From: Deinococcus sp.
GTDB lineage: Bacteria; Deinococcota; Deinococci; Deinococcales; Deinococcaceae
DNA: 64,000 bases
NCBI GenBank assembly: GCA_965261005.1
Contig: OZ253375.1
Span: 2,304,001 to 2,368,000, forward strand
Direction: 5' to 3'
The position numbers were made by a program, and so were the translations under genes. Below, in pieces: positions 11,158 to 20,357 of the stretch. Within the stretch, counting starts at the first letter, position 1. Every line of letters begins with the position of its first letter. Below the pieces are notes generated by a model. It saw nothing but the letters and a program-made list of their open reading frames with translations, was not told the DNA's origin and ran no database searches.

Positions 11158-12492
11158 TCAACGCTCCCCCTTGAGCCTTGCCGGCTGATCCGTCACCTCA
11201 AACAGCTCGCCGTGCGGCACGGCGCTGATGCGGCCGTAGGCGTGGATCAGCTCGCGGTAGGCGGCGGCCACCGGGCGCGGCGCGCGCTCCAGGTCGTAGA
11301 GGCCGCAGGCGTTCACGTGGCCGTTCTGCTCGGCCAGCTGGGTGTCCCAGTCCACCTGGTCGGTCAGGCTGTACCAAGTGAAGCCCAGCACCGGCACCCC
11401 TTCCTCACGCAGCCGCAGCACGTTGATCCACTGCTTCCACAACCAGCACTCGGCTTGGTCGGGGTCGAAGGTGTTGGTCTCGGTGTGAAAGACCGGCTTG
11501 TGGTAGCGCTGCCAGTAACTGCGCGCGATCTGGTGCCAGCCCAGCACGTCCTCGGCCGAGCAGCGGCCTCCATCCGGCTTGATAATGCGCTCGTTGCGCC
11601 CGTAGTAGTCGCTGCCCATCACCTGGTGGCCGGGCGGCTCCCCGGCCATGAACCAGCGGTACTCGTCCCGCGTCAGGCCGTGATCCATCATGTAGAGGCC
11701 CACGTCGGCGTCGGGCACGTGGGCGTAGAGCAAATCCAGCGACAGAAAGCGCAGCTTGTTCCACAGCGCCGTCTCGGGGCTGGGCGGCACGCGGGCGTCG
11801 TGGGTGTACTCGGCGGTCTCGCTCTGCACGAAGATGGCGTTCGGCTTCTCGCTCACGATGGTCTGGCACGCCAGGATGTTGGCCGCGACGGCGTGCTTGA
11901 GGGCGGTCACGAAGCCGTCGTCGGTCCTGAGCTGCTCGTTCCACAGGCCGTCCTTGCCGCTGTTGCGCGCCGTCACGAAAATTTCGTTGACCGGCGTAAA
12001 CCAGCGCACCCACGGATACCTCTTCGCCACCGCCCCGGCGTACTCGGCGAAGTGCAGCGGCAGTTCCGGGTTCTGAAAGTTGCCGATCCAGTCCGGCACC
12101 CCAAAGTGCAAGAGGTCCAGAATGGGCGCGATGTCCAGCCGCCGCAGCTCGTTCATCACCTCGTCGGCGAAGCTCCAGTCATAGCGGCCCGGCCCCAGGA
12201 AGATCTTGTGAATCGGCAGACCGTAGCGCAGGTACTTGAGGCCGATCTCCCTCACCAGGCCAAAGTCCTGGCGCCAGCAGTCGTAGTGCCCGCACTCGGC
12301 CAGCTCGTCGCGCCGCAGCGTGCCGCCCTGAATGGTCGGGTTGGAACACTCGATTCCGCTGGCGAACATGAAGTTCCCCGGCAAGTCCGCCGGCGCCCCC
12401 GAGCCGTCGCTGCCGCGCGCCCCTCCGTACTGGTCGCCGGCGTAGTCGTCCCCCAACTGTTTTCGGATGATGTCGAGGAAACTCTGGCTCAC
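11158..12492 (-). CDS. Family 1 glycoside hydrolase-like protein
   Basis: FMFASGIECS, LLHFGVPDW, TPVNEI (acid/base position), FHTETN (nucleophile position) and GFTWYSLTDQVDW. Confidence 0.8.
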   Translation of the reverse strand: MSQSFLDIIRKQLGDDYAGDQYGGARGSDGSGAPADLPGNFMFASGIECSNPTIQGGTLRRDELAECGHYDCWRQDFGLVREIGLKYLRYGLPIHKIFLGPGRYDWSFADEVMNELRRLDIAPILDLLHFGVPDWIGNFQNPELPLHFAEYAGAVAKRYPWVRWFTPVNEIFVTARNSGKDGLWNEQLRTDDGFVTALKHAVAANILACQTIVSEKPNAIFVQSETAEYTHDARVPPSPETALWNKLRFLSLDLLYAHVPDADVGLYMMDHGLTRDEYRWFMAGEPPGHQVMGSDYYGRNERIIKPDGGRCSAEDVLGWHQIARSYWQRYHKPVFHTETNTFDPDQAECWLWKQWINVLRLREEGVPVLGFTWYSLTDQVDWDTQLAEQNGHVNACGLYDLERAPRPVAAAYRELIHAYGRISAVPHGELFEVTDQPARLKGER

Positions 12493-13586
12493 CCGCGCCC
12501 CTCCGGCGTGCTGCCGCGAAACACGTCCCGGCCCTCGAAATGTTCCAGCTGAATGGGCCGTCCCTCGCGCGCACTTTGATAGATGGCGGCCATAATTTTT
12601 TGGTCCTGCAAGCCCTCCTCGCCGGGGGTGAAGGGGCGCACGTCGTCCAGAATGCACTGCGAGAAGTGGTCGAGTTCGAGGGTGAACTGATCCCTCGCCT
12701 GAACCTTCTTTTCCTCGCGGCCGTCCCCGGTGCCGACCTCCAGCCGCAACCCTTGGTAATCGAAGGCGGGATCTAAACTCAGCCAGCCGGTCTCGCCCAT
12801 CGCCCGCAGCGAGCGCACCGTCTCGATGTTGTAGGAGGTCAGGCAGGAGGCCAGCACGCCCCCTGGAAAGCGCATTTGCCAGGTCAGCGCCTCCTCGACC
12901 TCCACGAAGCGCTCGTCCTCCTGCGGTTGGTACTGGTAGGCGAAGACCTCGGTCGGCTCCACCGCCAGCAAAAAGCGGATGGTGTTCAGGCAGTACAGCC
13001 CCACGTCGGGCAGGGGACCGCCGCCGGCCAAGTTGTACTTCAGGCGCCACTGGGTCTCGTCCGTCTCGTGCTGGCCGTTCACGCTCTCAAACAGGCGCAC
13101 CCGGCCCAGCTTCCCGCCCTGAATCAGGTCGCGCGCCGCCCAGTGGTGGGGGGTGTATTGGCAGCGGTAGGCCACCATCAGCTTGACGCCCTGCTCGTCG
13201 CAGACCTCCACCATCGCCCGGGCGTCCTCAACACTGGTCGCCATCGGCTTTTCACACAGCACGTGCTTGCCCGCCCGCGCGGCAGAGACGGTGTACTCGC
13301 GGTGCAGGCTGTTGGGCGTGACCAGGTAGACCGCCCGCACGTCCTCACGCGCGTGCAATTCGTCCAGCTGGTCGTAGCTGTACACGTCCGCCTCGCTCAG
13401 CCCGTGGGCGCGGGCGCGGTCCAGCTCCTGTTCCGGGTGGCCGGTCACGATGGCCGCCAGGCGCGACAGACCCGACAAGCCGAAGGCGGGCAGAATCTCC
13501 TCGGTGGACAGCTCGCCGACGCCGACCACGGCGTAGCCGACGCGCTCCTCTGGGGGCAGAGTTCGTTTGGAGGGGGATTGGGTCAT
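12489..13586 (-). CDS. Gfo/Idh/MocA oxidoreductase (glucose-fructose oxidoreductase-like)
   Basis: YAVVGVG, TPNSLH, GKHVLCEKPMA and GGGPLPDVGLYC; RBS AAGGAG. Confidence 0.9.
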   Translation of the reverse strand: MTQSPSKRTLPPEERVGYAVVGVGELSTEEILPAFGLSGLSRLAAIVTGHPEQELDRARAHGLSEADVYSYDQLDELHAREDVRAVYLVTPNSLHREYTVSAARAGKHVLCEKPMATSVEDARAMVEVCDEQGVKLMVAYRCQYTPHHWAARDLIQGGKLGRVRLFESVNGQHETDETQWRLKYNLAGGGPLPDVGLYCLNTIRFLLAVEPTEVFAYQYQPQEDERFVEVEEALTWQMRFPGGVLASCLTSYNIETVRSLRAMGETGWLSLDPAFDYQGLRLEVGTGDGREEKKVQARDQFTLELDHFSQCILDDVRPFTPGEEGLQDQKIMAAIYQSAREGRPIQLEHFEGRDVFRGSTPEGRG

Positions 13587-15151
13587 GGGGTTCTCCTTAA
13601 GGTGTCGAGAAAGCGGTCGGCCGTGCGCAGGCTCAGCGCCATAATGGTCAGGGCCGGGTTGACGCTCAGGGCGCTGGGAAAAATCGAGTTGTCGCTGATG
13701 TAAAGGTTCTCCAGCTCGTGAACGCGCCCGTCCGGGTTGACCACGCTGCTGACCGGGTCCGCACCCATGCGGGCGGTGCCGATGGTGTGGGCGTAGCGCT
13801 CGAAGGTCCAGATGTCGCGCGCCCCGGCCCCTTCCCAGATGGCGCGCATCACCCGCCCGGCGTGGGCGTTCATGCGCCGCTCGTTGTCGCCGGCCGTGAA
13901 GTGAATTCTCGGCTTGGGCAGGCCGCGCGCGTCGCTCTCCTCCGACAATTCCAAGTAGTTCCCCCCGTGCGGCAAGCACTCGCCCAACACGTTGATGCCG
14001 GCGACGTGGTTGTAGCCGCGCAGGTGGTCGTGCAGGGCGGCGCCCCACTTGCCGGTCGCCCGCGCGAACTGGCTGGCGTAGGTCACCGGCATCACGCCGA
14101 TGCTCTGCAACACGTACCCGCCCGCGAAGTCCGCCGGCCCGAAGTCCGTCAGTGTTTGCGGGCGGTGGGTGTCCTCGGAGATCAGGCTGCCGGGAATCCC
14201 CTTGTTGGGGCGGGTCTGGTCCTCGAACTGGCCCCACAGCTGGAGGCCTACGTGCGCCATGAAATTGCGCCCGACCTGGCCGCTGGCGTTGCCGAGACCC
14301 GCCATCAGCAAGAGGCGCGGCGTCTCAATGGCGCCCGCGCACAAAAAGACGTGCCGGGCGGCCAGGAACTCCTGCCGGCCGTTGTGGGTGTACTCGACCC
14401 CGGTCACGCGGTCGCCCTCCACGCCAAAGCCCGTCACGAAGCTCCCCGCGCGAATCTCGGCGCCGCGCACCTGGGCCTGGGCCAGGTAGGTCAGGTCCAT
14501 GCTGGCCTTGGCCCCCACCGAGCAGCCCGCTTGGCAAAAGCCCCGGTTGGTGCAGGCGGGCCGCTCGCCATACCCCTCCTGTGCCTGCGGCCGGCTGAGG
14601 GCCGCGTTGGCGGCGGGCGAGGTCCGCAGGCCCAGCGGCGCGCAGCCGCGCCGCATCAATTGCGCCGCCGCGTTGAGGGGCAAGGGCGGATGGCGGTACG
14701 GTCTGCGCGGCGGTCCCCAGGGGTACTCGGCAGGACCCGACACGCCCAGAAACTGCTCGACCTCCTCCAGGTACGGCTCGATGTCCCCAAAGCTCAGCGG
14801 CCAGTCCTGGCCCACCCCGAATTCTTCCCTCAGCCGGAAGTCGTCCGGGTGGGGGCGCGGGGTGTAGGCGGTGTAGTGCAGGGTGGAGCCGCCCACCCCG
14901 CAGCCCGAGTTGTTGTTGCCGAAGCCGATGGGGTTCCCCCCCGCCGACAGCCGCTCGTCCAGCCAAAACAGGCCCGACTGCGCCCGCTCGTCGGTGGGCA
15001 TCTCGTGCGGAACGTGCCGCCGCCCCGCCTCCAGCACGACCACCCGCAGCCCCGCCCCGGCCAGCCGCGCCGTGAGGGGCGCCCCGCCCGCCCCGCTGCC
15101 GACGATGACGGCGTCCACCTCGTTTGCAGAGAGGTCAGAGGGGAAAGCCAT
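13583..15151 (-). CDS. GMC family oxidoreductase (FAD)
   Basis: IVGSGAGG, GVGGSTLHY, C..RGFC..GC, ETPRLLL and HTIGTARMG. Confidence 0.9.
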   Translation of the reverse strand: MAFPSDLSANEVDAVIVGSGAGGAPLTARLAGAGLRVVVLEAGRRHVPHEMPTDERAQSGLFWLDERLSAGGNPIGFGNNNSGCGVGGSTLHYTAYTPRPHPDDFRLREEFGVGQDWPLSFGDIEPYLEEVEQFLGVSGPAEYPWGPPRRPYRHPPLPLNAAAQLMRRGCAPLGLRTSPAANAALSRPQAQEGYGERPACTNRGFCQAGCSVGAKASMDLTYLAQAQVRGAEIRAGSFVTGFGVEGDRVTGVEYTHNGRQEFLAARHVFLCAGAIETPRLLLMAGLGNASGQVGRNFMAHVGLQLWGQFEDQTRPNKGIPGSLISEDTHRPQTLTDFGPADFAGGYVLQSIGVMPVTYASQFARATGKWGAALHDHLRGYNHVAGINVLGECLPHGGNYLELSEESDARGLPKPRIHFTAGDNERRMNAHAGRVMRAIWEGAGARDIWTFERYAHTIGTARMGADPVSSVVNPDGRVHELENLYISDNSIFPSALSVNPALTIMALSLRTADRFLDTLRRTP

Positions 15152-15668
15152 GCTCCCTTTCCCGCTCGTCCAGCTCATTTAAATGGGTGTGCTCCCAGCG
15201 CGGCAGGTCCGCGAAGCCGAGGTAGCCGAAGCCGACCTGCACCAAGGGATGGCTGTAGTAGTTCTCGGTCAGCTCGGCCAGCAGGTCCTCGAAGGGGTGC
15301 GGCTGGGCGCGTTGCAGTTCTGTCAAAAGCTGATCTTGCCTGGCCTCCTCAAGCTGGGCAAAATTCATCGGCAGCGCTGCCAGCAACTCGCCGTACGCCT
15401 CGCCGTCCGGCGGCGCGTCGGCGTAGCGCCAGCCGTCCCCCCCCCCGCTCGCGAGGCGGTCGTCCACCGCCAGGGCCAAGTCGAGAACGGCCGGGTCGTG
15501 CGGCACCAGCCGCACGGCGACCGCACGCAGCAAGGTCAGCTCCTCCGCCGAGAAAAAGCGCCGCCCGAACCGTTGCTCCATTCTTCCGGTCAACGCCTCG
15601 CGCGTCGGCTCGCTGACGTGCTCCGAGGCCAGCAGGGCGGCCAGCCGCTCGCGCGCTTCTTCAGCCAC
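15135..15668 (-). CDS. Gluconate 2-dehydrogenase subunit 3 family protein
   Basis: FFSAEE..LLRAVA.RLVP and YYSHP...GY.G motifs; coupled to the GMC gene. Confidence 0.8.
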   Translation of the reverse strand: MAEEARERLAALLASEHVSEPTREALTGRMEQRFGRRFFSAEELTLLRAVAVRLVPHDPAVLDLALAVDDRLASGGGDGWRYADAPPDGEAYGELLAALPMNFAQLEEARQDQLLTELQRAQPHPFEDLLAELTENYYSHPLVQVGFGYLGFADLPRWEHTHLNELDEREREHGFPL

Positions 15669-16590
15669 CGCTGGAGAGCTTTCCGCCGGTGACCTCCAAC
15701 AGCGAGCCGGTCACGAAGGAGCTGTCCTGACAGGCCAGGTAGACGTAGGCGGGCGCCAATTCGTCGGGCTGACCGGGGCGGCCGAGGGCGACCTCGTGGC
15801 CGAACTGCTGCACCTCCTCTTTCGGCATGGTGCCGGGAATGTTGGGGGTCCAGACCGGCCCCGGCACGACGGCGTTCACCCGGATGCCGCGCTCCCCCAG
15901 TTGCAGCGCCAGCGACTTGGTCAGGGCGTGAATGCCGCCCTTGGAGGCGCTGTAGTCCAGCAGCAGCTTGTTGCCGGTCAGGCCCACGATAGAGCCGGTG
16001 TTGATGATGGCGTCGCCGGACTTTAAATGGGACAGCGCCGCCTTGATCATGTAGAAGTAGCCGAACAGGTTGGTTTCCAGCGTGCGCCGGAACTGCTCGT
16101 CGCTCACATCGAGGGGGTTCTCGTGGGTCGCTTGGTACGCCGCGTTGTTGACCAGGACGTTGAGCGCTCCGTACTCGCGCACGGTCCGCTCGACGGCGTC
16201 CCGGCAGGCGGCGCTGTCGCGCACGTCGGCCTTGATGACCAGGCACGGCCCGCCGCGCGCCTCCAGCATCTCCCTGGTCGTCTGGGCGTCGCCGTCGTTC
16301 TCGTTGTAGAGAATGGCGACCTTGGCGCCCTCCAAAGCAAAGGCCAGCGCCACCGCCCGCCCGATACCGCTGTCGGCGCCGGTGATCAGGGCGACTTTGC
16401 CCTCCAGCTTGCCGGCCGCCCGGTAGCCGCGCAAGTCGGTCTGCGGCGGAATGCCCATCTCGGACTGTTCGGCGGGGTAGGGCTGGGTCCGCGCGTTCTT
16501 GAAGTCCTCGGACGTCGGCCGGTCCGGTGCCTGTTGGTCCGGCGGCGCTTGGTCTGGCATCGGTTGATCTGGCATGGGTTGATCTGGCAT
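15661..16590 (-). CDS. SDR family oxidoreductase
   Basis: ITGADSGIG, VLVNNAA, YSASK and PGPVWTP; N-terminal MPDQP repeats. Confidence 0.92.
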   Translation of the reverse strand: MPDQPMPDQPMPDQAPPDQQAPDRPTSEDFKNARTQPYPAEQSEMGIPPQTDLRGYRAAGKLEGKVALITGADSGIGRAVALAFALEGAKVAILYNENDGDAQTTREMLEARGGPCLVIKADVRDSAACRDAVERTVREYGALNVLVNNAAYQATHENPLDVSDEQFRRTLETNLFGYFYMIKAALSHLKSGDAIINTGSIVGLTGNKLLLDYSASKGGIHALTKSLALQLGERGIRVNAVVPGPVWTPNIPGTMPKEEVQQFGHEVALGRPGQPDELAPAYVYLACQDSSFVTGSLLEVTGGKLSSGG

Positions 16591-16699
16591 GGCTCACCTT
16601 GCCGCGCCTTGAACAGCCGGCCCGTCGGAAGCCTTACCCTCTCAAGGTTTGCTCAAGGGGTTAGGCTGGGTTCGTTCAGGCATAGGGAGGCGGCGTGGT

Positions 16700-18262
16700 A
16701 TGAGCGACACAGCAACGAGGACAGGCAGTTGGACAACGCCGATGCGCTGGACCCTCGCGGCGGCCATTCTGGGGTCGGCGGTGGCGTTCATTGACGCGAC
16801 GGTGGTGAACGTGGCCCTCAGCGCCCTCCAGCGCGACTTCGGGGCCGATGTGGCGGGCGTGCAGTGGGTGGTGAACGCCTACACCCTGATGCTGGCGGCC
16901 CTGACCCTCACCGGGGGGGCGCTGGGCGACTTGTATGGCCGCAAGAAGATGTTCGGCCTGGGCCTCCTCATCTTCGCCGCCGCCTCGCTGGCCTGCGGCC
17001 TTTCTCCCAGCTTGCCGCTGCTGATCGCCTTCCGCTTGGCGCAGGGCCTCGGCGGGGCGCTGCTGGTGCCGGGCAGCCTGGCCATGATCGACGCGGTCTT
17101 TCCGGACGCCTCGCGCGGGCGGGCGGTGGGACTGTGGTCCTCGGTGACCAGCGTGGTGACGGTGTTCGGGCCGGTGCTGGGCGGCTTTTTGGTGGATTCC
17201 CTGTCGTGGCGCTGGGTCTTTTTCATCAACTTGCCGCTCTCACTCGGCGTGCTGTGGTGCCTGCGCGGCGTGCCCGAGACCAGGGCTGGAGGCGAGGGGG
17301 CCAAAGGGGAGGGCCGGCCCGACCTGGTGGGCGCCCTGCTGGTCACGCTGGGCCTGGGCGCCCTGACCTACGGCCTGATCTCGGCGGGGGCTTCGGGCTT
17401 CGGGGGAACAGATCTGCTGTTCGTCCTGGGCGGGCTGGCGCTGCTGGGCGCCTTTGTAGGTTGGGAGGCGCGCGCAGGGCGGCCGATGTTGCCGCTCTCC
17501 CTGTTTCGCTCGGGCGCCTTTGCGGGCACCAACCTGCTCACGCTGCTGCTGTACGCCGCCCTGGGCGGCACGCTGTTCTTTTTGCCGCTCAACCTGATCG
17601 GGGTGCTGGGGTACAGCGCCACCGCCGCCGGCAGCGCCCTGCTGCCGCTCTCCCTGCTGCTGGCCGCCTTGTCGAGTCCGTTCGGCAGCTTGTCGGGAAA
17701 GTGGGGACCCCGCCTCTTCCTCACCGCCGGCCCGGTGGTCGCCGGGGCCGGCTTCGCCCTGCTGGGGCTGCTGAACATCGGCGGCAGCTACTGGACCGGC
17801 CTGTTTCCGGCCGCCGTCGTGATCGGCCTCGGGATGGCCCTGACGGTCGCGCCCCTGGTCAGCGCGGTGCTGGGGTCGGTGGGGCGCGACCGCTCGGGCA
17901 CCGCCTCGGGGGTCAACAACGCCGTGTCGCGCGCCGCCGGTCTGCTCGCCATCGCCCTGGGCGGCCTGCTGATGCTGGGCAGTTTTCGCCCCGCGCTGGA
18001 AACCCGGCTGGGGGCCGCCGACCTTCCGGCCCCCGCCCGCGCCCAGATGGTGGACCAGAGTGCTCGCCTCGCTCAGACGCCCATTCCGGGGTCGCTGTCC
18101 CAACGCGAACGCCAAGACGCGAAGGCCGCCGTGAACGTCGCCTTTCAAGTCGGCTTTCGCCGGGTCTGCCTCGCGGCGGCGCTGCTGGCCGTCCTGGCGG
18201 GCGCCGCCGGCTTCTTCAGCGTGACGGGCGCCGGGGTGCGGGAAGCTCAGCCGAGCGACTGA
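16700..18262 (+). CDS. MFS transporter, DHA2-like (about 14 TM)
   Basis: DATVVNVAL, GGALGDLYGRKK, RLAQGLGGALLVP and WRWVFFINLP. Confidence 0.9.
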   Translation: MSDTATRTGSWTTPMRWTLAAAILGSAVAFIDATVVNVALSALQRDFGADVAGVQWVVNAYTLMLAALTLTGGALGDLYGRKKMFGLGLLIFAAASLACGLSPSLPLLIAFRLAQGLGGALLVPGSLAMIDAVFPDASRGRAVGLWSSVTSVVTVFGPVLGGFLVDSLSWRWVFFINLPLSLGVLWCLRGVPETRAGGEGAKGEGRPDLVGALLVTLGLGALTYGLISAGASGFGGTDLLFVLGGLALLGAFVGWEARAGRPMLPLSLFRSGAFAGTNLLTLLLYAALGGTLFFLPLNLIGVLGYSATAAGSALLPLSLLLAALSSPFGSLSGKWGPRLFLTAGPVVAGAGFALLGLLNIGGSYWTGLFPAAVVIGLGMALTVAPLVSAVLGSVGRDRSGTASGVNNAVSRAAGLLAIALGGLLMLGSFRPALETRLGAADLPAPARAQMVDQSARLAQTPIPGSLSQRERQDAKAAVNVAFQVGFRRVCLAAALLAVLAGAAGFFSVTGAGVREAQPSD

Positions 18263-18289
18263 TTCTCTTCCTGTGCTCTTTCTTCTGGG

Positions 18290-18985
18290 CTACTTCTTCA
18301 GGTCCGCCAGCATCTTCTTGGCCGCGCTCAAATCCTGCTGCTCCCAGTAATCGTGCGGCGTGAGCAGCACGGCGCGTTCCAGAATGCGAATGGCCACCGG
18401 CTTGTTGCGCAGGTTGACCTTCATCACGGCGCCCGCGTACTCCAAACGGTGGGTGACCACGCCCGGCTCCAACTGAATGGCCTTTTCGAAGTTGGGCTGC
18501 ACCTGCGCTTTGTTGCCGCCGGCGAAAAAGGGCACCTCGGCGTTCCACAATCCCAGCGCCACGTAGGCAGGGGCCAGCTTGGGGTCGAGGTCAATCGCCT
18601 TGTTGAGGGCGTTCTTGACCTCGCCGGCCAGCCCCAGACTTTGCAGCACGCCCTTGTACTGCGCGAGTCTTCCGTCGGCGCGGGCCAGCTCGAAGTAGGC
18701 GTCCGCGTCGTTCGGCCCCAACTCGATGGCCTTTTTGGCGTAGCCCACCGCGCGGGTCAGCGCGGCCTCCTGCTGGTCGTCCGGCAATTGGCCCGCGCCG
18801 AGCGTCGCGGCCTTGGCCGCCAGCGCGTAGCTGTCCGGGGTGTTCAGGCCGAGGGCGGCGCTCTCGGCCCCCCTCGCGTCCCCCTTGTCGAGCAGGCCGT
18901 GCGCGTCCTCCAGCGTGGCCGCCAGCGACCACGCCGACAACCACGCCAGCCCTGTCAACGCGGCGGTCAAAATCAGCTTCCGCAT
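18290..18985 (-). CDS. Secreted TPR-like helical-repeat protein
   Basis: Signal peptide MRKLILTAAL.. and repeated KAIELxP motifs. Confidence 0.75.
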   Translation of the reverse strand: MRKLILTAALTGLAWLSAWSLAATLEDAHGLLDKGDARGAESAALGLNTPDSYALAAKAATLGAGQLPDDQQEAALTRAVGYAKKAIELGPNDADAYFELARADGRLAQYKGVLQSLGLAGEVKNALNKAIDLDPKLAPAYVALGLWNAEVPFFAGGNKAQVQPNFEKAIQLEPGVVTHRLEYAGAVMKVNLRNKPVAIRILERAVLLTPHDYWEQQDLSAAKKMLADLKK

Positions 18986-19037
18986 GGTTTGTCCCTTCTG
19001 TTTCAAGGTGTGGGGAGTATACCGCATGGCCGGGGCC

Positions 19038-19949
19038 TCAGATCTTGGTCAGCTTGGGGTACTTCATAATGGCCTCGTCCTCGCTGAGGAACTCGCCCTC
19101 GGCGTCGGGACTCCAGACCACCTCAGCGCGCAGCAAATTCTGGGCCTGCACGCCCGAGACGGCCAGCAGCGCCGCGCGCACGCCGGCCGCGTTGCTGTCC
19201 TGCGGCACCTCGGCGAGGTCGTAGGCCGCGACCGCGATGGTCAGCGCCAGGTACAGACCGCCCTTGCTCCCTTGGTAATCGCTGCGGTGCTGGTAGCCGC
19301 TGTTCACGTCCTGGTTTTGGTAGTTGCTGGTGGTCTGCTCGGTAAAGGCGGCGCGGGCCTCGGCCGCCCAGGCACCCACCTGGGCCTCCAAGCGTGAGGC
19401 GGGACCCTTCGCGCCCTCCACGTCGCCGTAGGTCCAGCGCTCGGGGTGGCGCAGCGCGACCAGGGCGGCCTCAGACAGCATGCGCGCCAGGCCCTCGTTG
19501 CTGTCGGGGTCGCCGCTGGCAGCCACCCGCTGAAGGGCGCTCTTCACGTCGTCGCCCTCGCCCATCAACAGCTGCACCTTGACCGAGTTCGCCGCCGAGC
19601 TGCCGCCGGCCACACCTGCGCCCGCACCCAGCGAGCGGCGCATGTACTGGTAGGCCACGAAGACCACGCCCGCGATCACCAGCAGCCCGATGACGCCGCC
19701 GCCGCCGCCCCCAAACAGAAAGGGTGAAAAGCCGTAGCCGTAGCCGCCGCCATACCCGCCGCCGTAGCCGCCCCCGCCCAAGCTGCCTGAGCCGCCAAAT
19801 CCGCCGCCGCCGGATGATCCTCTGGAGCCGCCCCCACCGCTGCCGCCAAAGCCCCCGCCCGACTGCGCCAGCGCCAGCCCACCGATCCACAGCGCCACGG
19901 CGAGGGCCACTACGGCCGCCACCGCGCGCAAGGTGTTGTTCGTCTTCAT
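19038..19949 (-). CDS. DUF1517 domain protein
   Basis: AQSGGGFGG Gly-rich segment, TM helix, ALVALRHPE and EVVWSP...L...E....YPKL. Confidence 0.85.
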   Translation of the reverse strand: MKTNNTLRAVAAVVALAVALWIGGLALAQSGGGFGGSGGGGSRGSSGGGGFGGSGSLGGGGYGGGYGGGYGYGFSPFLFGGGGGGVIGLLVIAGVVFVAYQYMRRSLGAGAGVAGGSSAANSVKVQLLMGEGDDVKSALQRVAASGDPDSNEGLARMLSEAALVALRHPERWTYGDVEGAKGPASRLEAQVGAWAAEARAAFTEQTTSNYQNQDVNSGYQHRSDYQGSKGGLYLALTIAVAAYDLAEVPQDSNAAGVRAALLAVSGVQAQNLLRAEVVWSPDAEGEFLSEDEAIMKYPKLTKI

Positions 19950-19978
19950 GCCGCCCAGTCTAGGGGGGAACGGCCTAC

Positions 19979-20004
19979 AAAAGAAAACCGCCCAGTGAGG
20001 GCGG
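19979..20004 (-). terminator. Intrinsic terminator closing the small-ORF transcript
   Basis: Minus strand CCGCCC-TCACT-GGGCGG-TTTTCTTTT. Confidence 0.75.
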
Positions 20005-20052
20005 CGGGCATGTCAGGCGGGGTGCGAGGGGCTTAGACCCAGTCGAGAGCCG

Positions 20053-20214
20053 CTATTCGCAGCTCTTTTGACCATGCTCCCACAAGAACCGGAACACGCT
20101 CCAGGCCAGCGAGGCGAGGCCAATCAGCTTCTTCCACGGGACGGCCCGCTTCGGTTGCTTCTTGGCCTTCTTGCTGGCTTTGGGGCGCTTTCTGGTATGC
20201 TTTTGTTGTCGCAT
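20053..20214 (-). CDS. 53-aa Lys/Arg-rich then hydrophobic peptide; candidate type I toxin
   Basis: MRQQKHTRKRPKASKKAKKQPKRAVPWKKLIGLASLAWSVFRFLWEHGQKSCE lies between a TAGACT promoter and a terminator. Confidence 0.5.
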   Translation of the reverse strand: MRQQKHTRKRPKASKKAKKQPKRAVPWKKLIGLASLAWSVFRFLWEHGQKSCE

Positions 20215-20268
20215 AAGCAAACCGGGCCGGACACCCTCATCACAGGGCGTCCGGCCACTTCCTTTCCT
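20208..20268 (+). ncRNA. Candidate antisense (antitoxin) RNA; ends approximate
   Basis: Extended -10 TGgTATGCT at 20193-20201 inside the small ORF; hairpin 20225-20256 followed by ACTTCCTTTCC. Confidence 0.35.
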
Positions 20269-20329
20269 GGTGAGAGGTTCGGTCGTGGGCTGACGTGACG
20301 CCCCATGCTGCCCGCCCATCACTGAGCAA

Positions 20330-20355
20330 GGGCAGTCTAGAGCCTTAGACTGCCC
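20330..20355. promoter_or_regulatory. Back-to-back TAGACT -10 boxes within a perfect 10-bp inverted repeat
   Basis: GGGCAGTCTA-gagcct-TAGACTGCCC. Confidence 0.6.
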
Positions 20356-20357
20356 CC

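Noticed and set aside
19700..19862. GGC-rich repeat tract
   Set aside because: Explained by the Gly-rich linker of the DUF1517 protein
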